Shown here: piece after piece, positions 62,908 to 64,000 of the stretch
How the letters are laid out: each line of letters opens with the position of its first letter
How positions within the stretch are numbered: the first letter of the stretch is position 1
From: Adineta vaga
Taxonomy: Eukaryota > Animalia > Rotifera
Direction: 5' to 3'
Length of the DNA: 64,000 nt
Assembly (NCBI GenBank): GCA_021613535.1
Contig: CP075492.1
Location: 13,702,001 to 13,766,000 of the forward strand
Translations under genes and position numbers: made by a program
The notes under the pieces: model-generated
Told to the model about the DNA's origin: nothing
Seen by the model: the letters and a program-made list of their open reading frames with translations, nothing else
Database searches by the model: none

Positions 62908-64000
62908 TTAATTAATTATATTATAAACGCTGTCTTGTACTATTTTCTTTCCTTTGAACATATCTGTTAACCAATGACTATCGGCATTCTTTTCTTCTAT
63001 GTAAAGATCAAGTGCTTTTCGACATCTTCGACGAATATTGAAAAGATTCATTAAGTCTGTTGATGATAACAAATGTATTTCTTCACATGCTTGAAATACA
63101 TATTCGATAAAGCCATGTTGAATTCCAACTAAAATTGCTTCATTCTGTTCTGGATGAGCTGATATGCATAACAATTGCGCAGCAAATTGACGCACACATT
63201 CACTAATATTTTCAAGAGAAATACTTGCAATTTCGATAACACCATAAGTTGGTTGATTCGATGTTACTTCATACATACCAGCACAAATATCAGATTCGGG
63301 TAAGAAACCGTAAAGTGCTCGAAGACATCTGATCGCCATCATTCCGTAAGAACTAGCACATTTGGCTGGAAGTGACGAAATATATTCAAAAGGAATGGCT
63401 GATATTGATAGTAAAGATAAAATTGCATCAGTCTTTTCTTCAGATGATAATAGAACAAGTGAACTAATTGGTTCTAAATGAACATTCGAACATCGAGGTG
63501 CCGATGGACGAGTAAGAATTGAATTGAAATTAAGAGTTAAACTAGTATCTGGAAGTTTTATTTCAACATCTGTGAATGTTTCATAAGATTTAGTTCTTTC
63601 CATTGGTATTTCATATTGAGTTAAATGACGAATCCATGCTTGTAGAATGGAAACTTCTTGTGATGTAAATGCACCAAACATACGTCCACCCCATTTCATT
63701 TCACGAACAAGTTTACTTCGTTCCGGTTCACCACGAACAATCCATTGACTATCAGCAAGTGTACGTAGGAAGGTCAGCGAATGATTAGGATAAAGAAGTG
63801 GATCGAGCCAATCATTCAGTTTCATTCCTGTTCGACCTCCAATTTTTCCCAAACATGATGCATGAATTGAATGAGCTGCAATTGATTTTTCACCAAAGAT
63901 TTTTTCTAATGACTTGTCAAGATCAGAATACGGTATTGGTGTTGTAGGAAGTTCAGATGCGAGAAGAAATCCTGCTTGAATACGTTTCCAAGCCGTACTT
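62908..64000 (-). CDS. C-terminal part of an iron-containing redox enzyme / heme-oxygenase-like diiron protein (5' end beyond window)
   Basis: Frame is open to the window edge: WKRIQAGFLLASELP..KSIAAHSIH..KIGG..LNDWL..WIVRGEPERSKLV..GRMFGAFT.QE..IL..WI. This pattern resembles fungal/bacterial members. The iron-binding residues are not in the window. Confidence 0.6.
   Translation of the reverse strand, partial: STAWKRIQAGFLLASELPTTPIPYSDLDKSLEKIFGEKSIAAHSIHASCLGKIGGRTGMKLNDWLDPLLYPNHSLTFLRTLADSQWIVRGEPERSKLVREMKWGGRMFGAFTSQEVSILQAWIRHLTQYEIPMERTKSYETFTDVEIKLPDTSLTLNFNSILTRPSAPRCSNVHLEPISSLVLLSSEEKTDAILSLLSISAIPFEYISSLPAKCASSYGMMAIRCLRALYGFLPESDICAGMYEVTSNQPTYGVIEIASISLENISECVRQFAAQLLCISAHPEQNEAILVGIQHGFIEYVFQACEEIHLLSSTDLMNLFNIRRRCRKALDLYIEEKNADSHWLTDMFKGKKIVQDSVYNIIN

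Overview
AT-rich eukaryotic DNA with short (mostly ~45-65 nt) GT-AG introns. The organism is most likely a bdelloid rotifer (Adineta-like). This is inferred from an AvGluR1-type glutamate receptor with a TxVGYG pore, an intron-containing alr/ddl pair, rotifer-type GPCRs and many bacterial/fungal/plant-like genes. The window mixes metazoan genes (astacin, Fuseless-like protein, GPCRs, iGluR, ankyrin proteins) with probable horizontally acquired enzymes (EEP hydrolase, MysC-like ATP-grasp ligase, LicD, DUF3431, DmpA/S58 pseudogene, GT-A glycosyltransferase, plant-type UGT, Ddl, Alr, heme-oxygenase-like diiron enzyme) and several pseudogenes. The most striking item, largely missed by the ORF track, is a ~12 kb multi-exon locus (41053-53276). 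It encodes a TRPM-like channel followed directly by ~50 RI/NLR-type leucine-rich repeats, nearly all on their own ~84-nt phase-0 exon. As assembled, the channel and the LRR array are one base out of frame. Also notable are a plectasin-like defensin, a solitary mycosporine ligase (mysC), and a compact UGT-ddl-alr-diiron oxidase cluster whose Ddl has altered active-site residues. Family assignments come from motifs recognised by eye; no database search was run.
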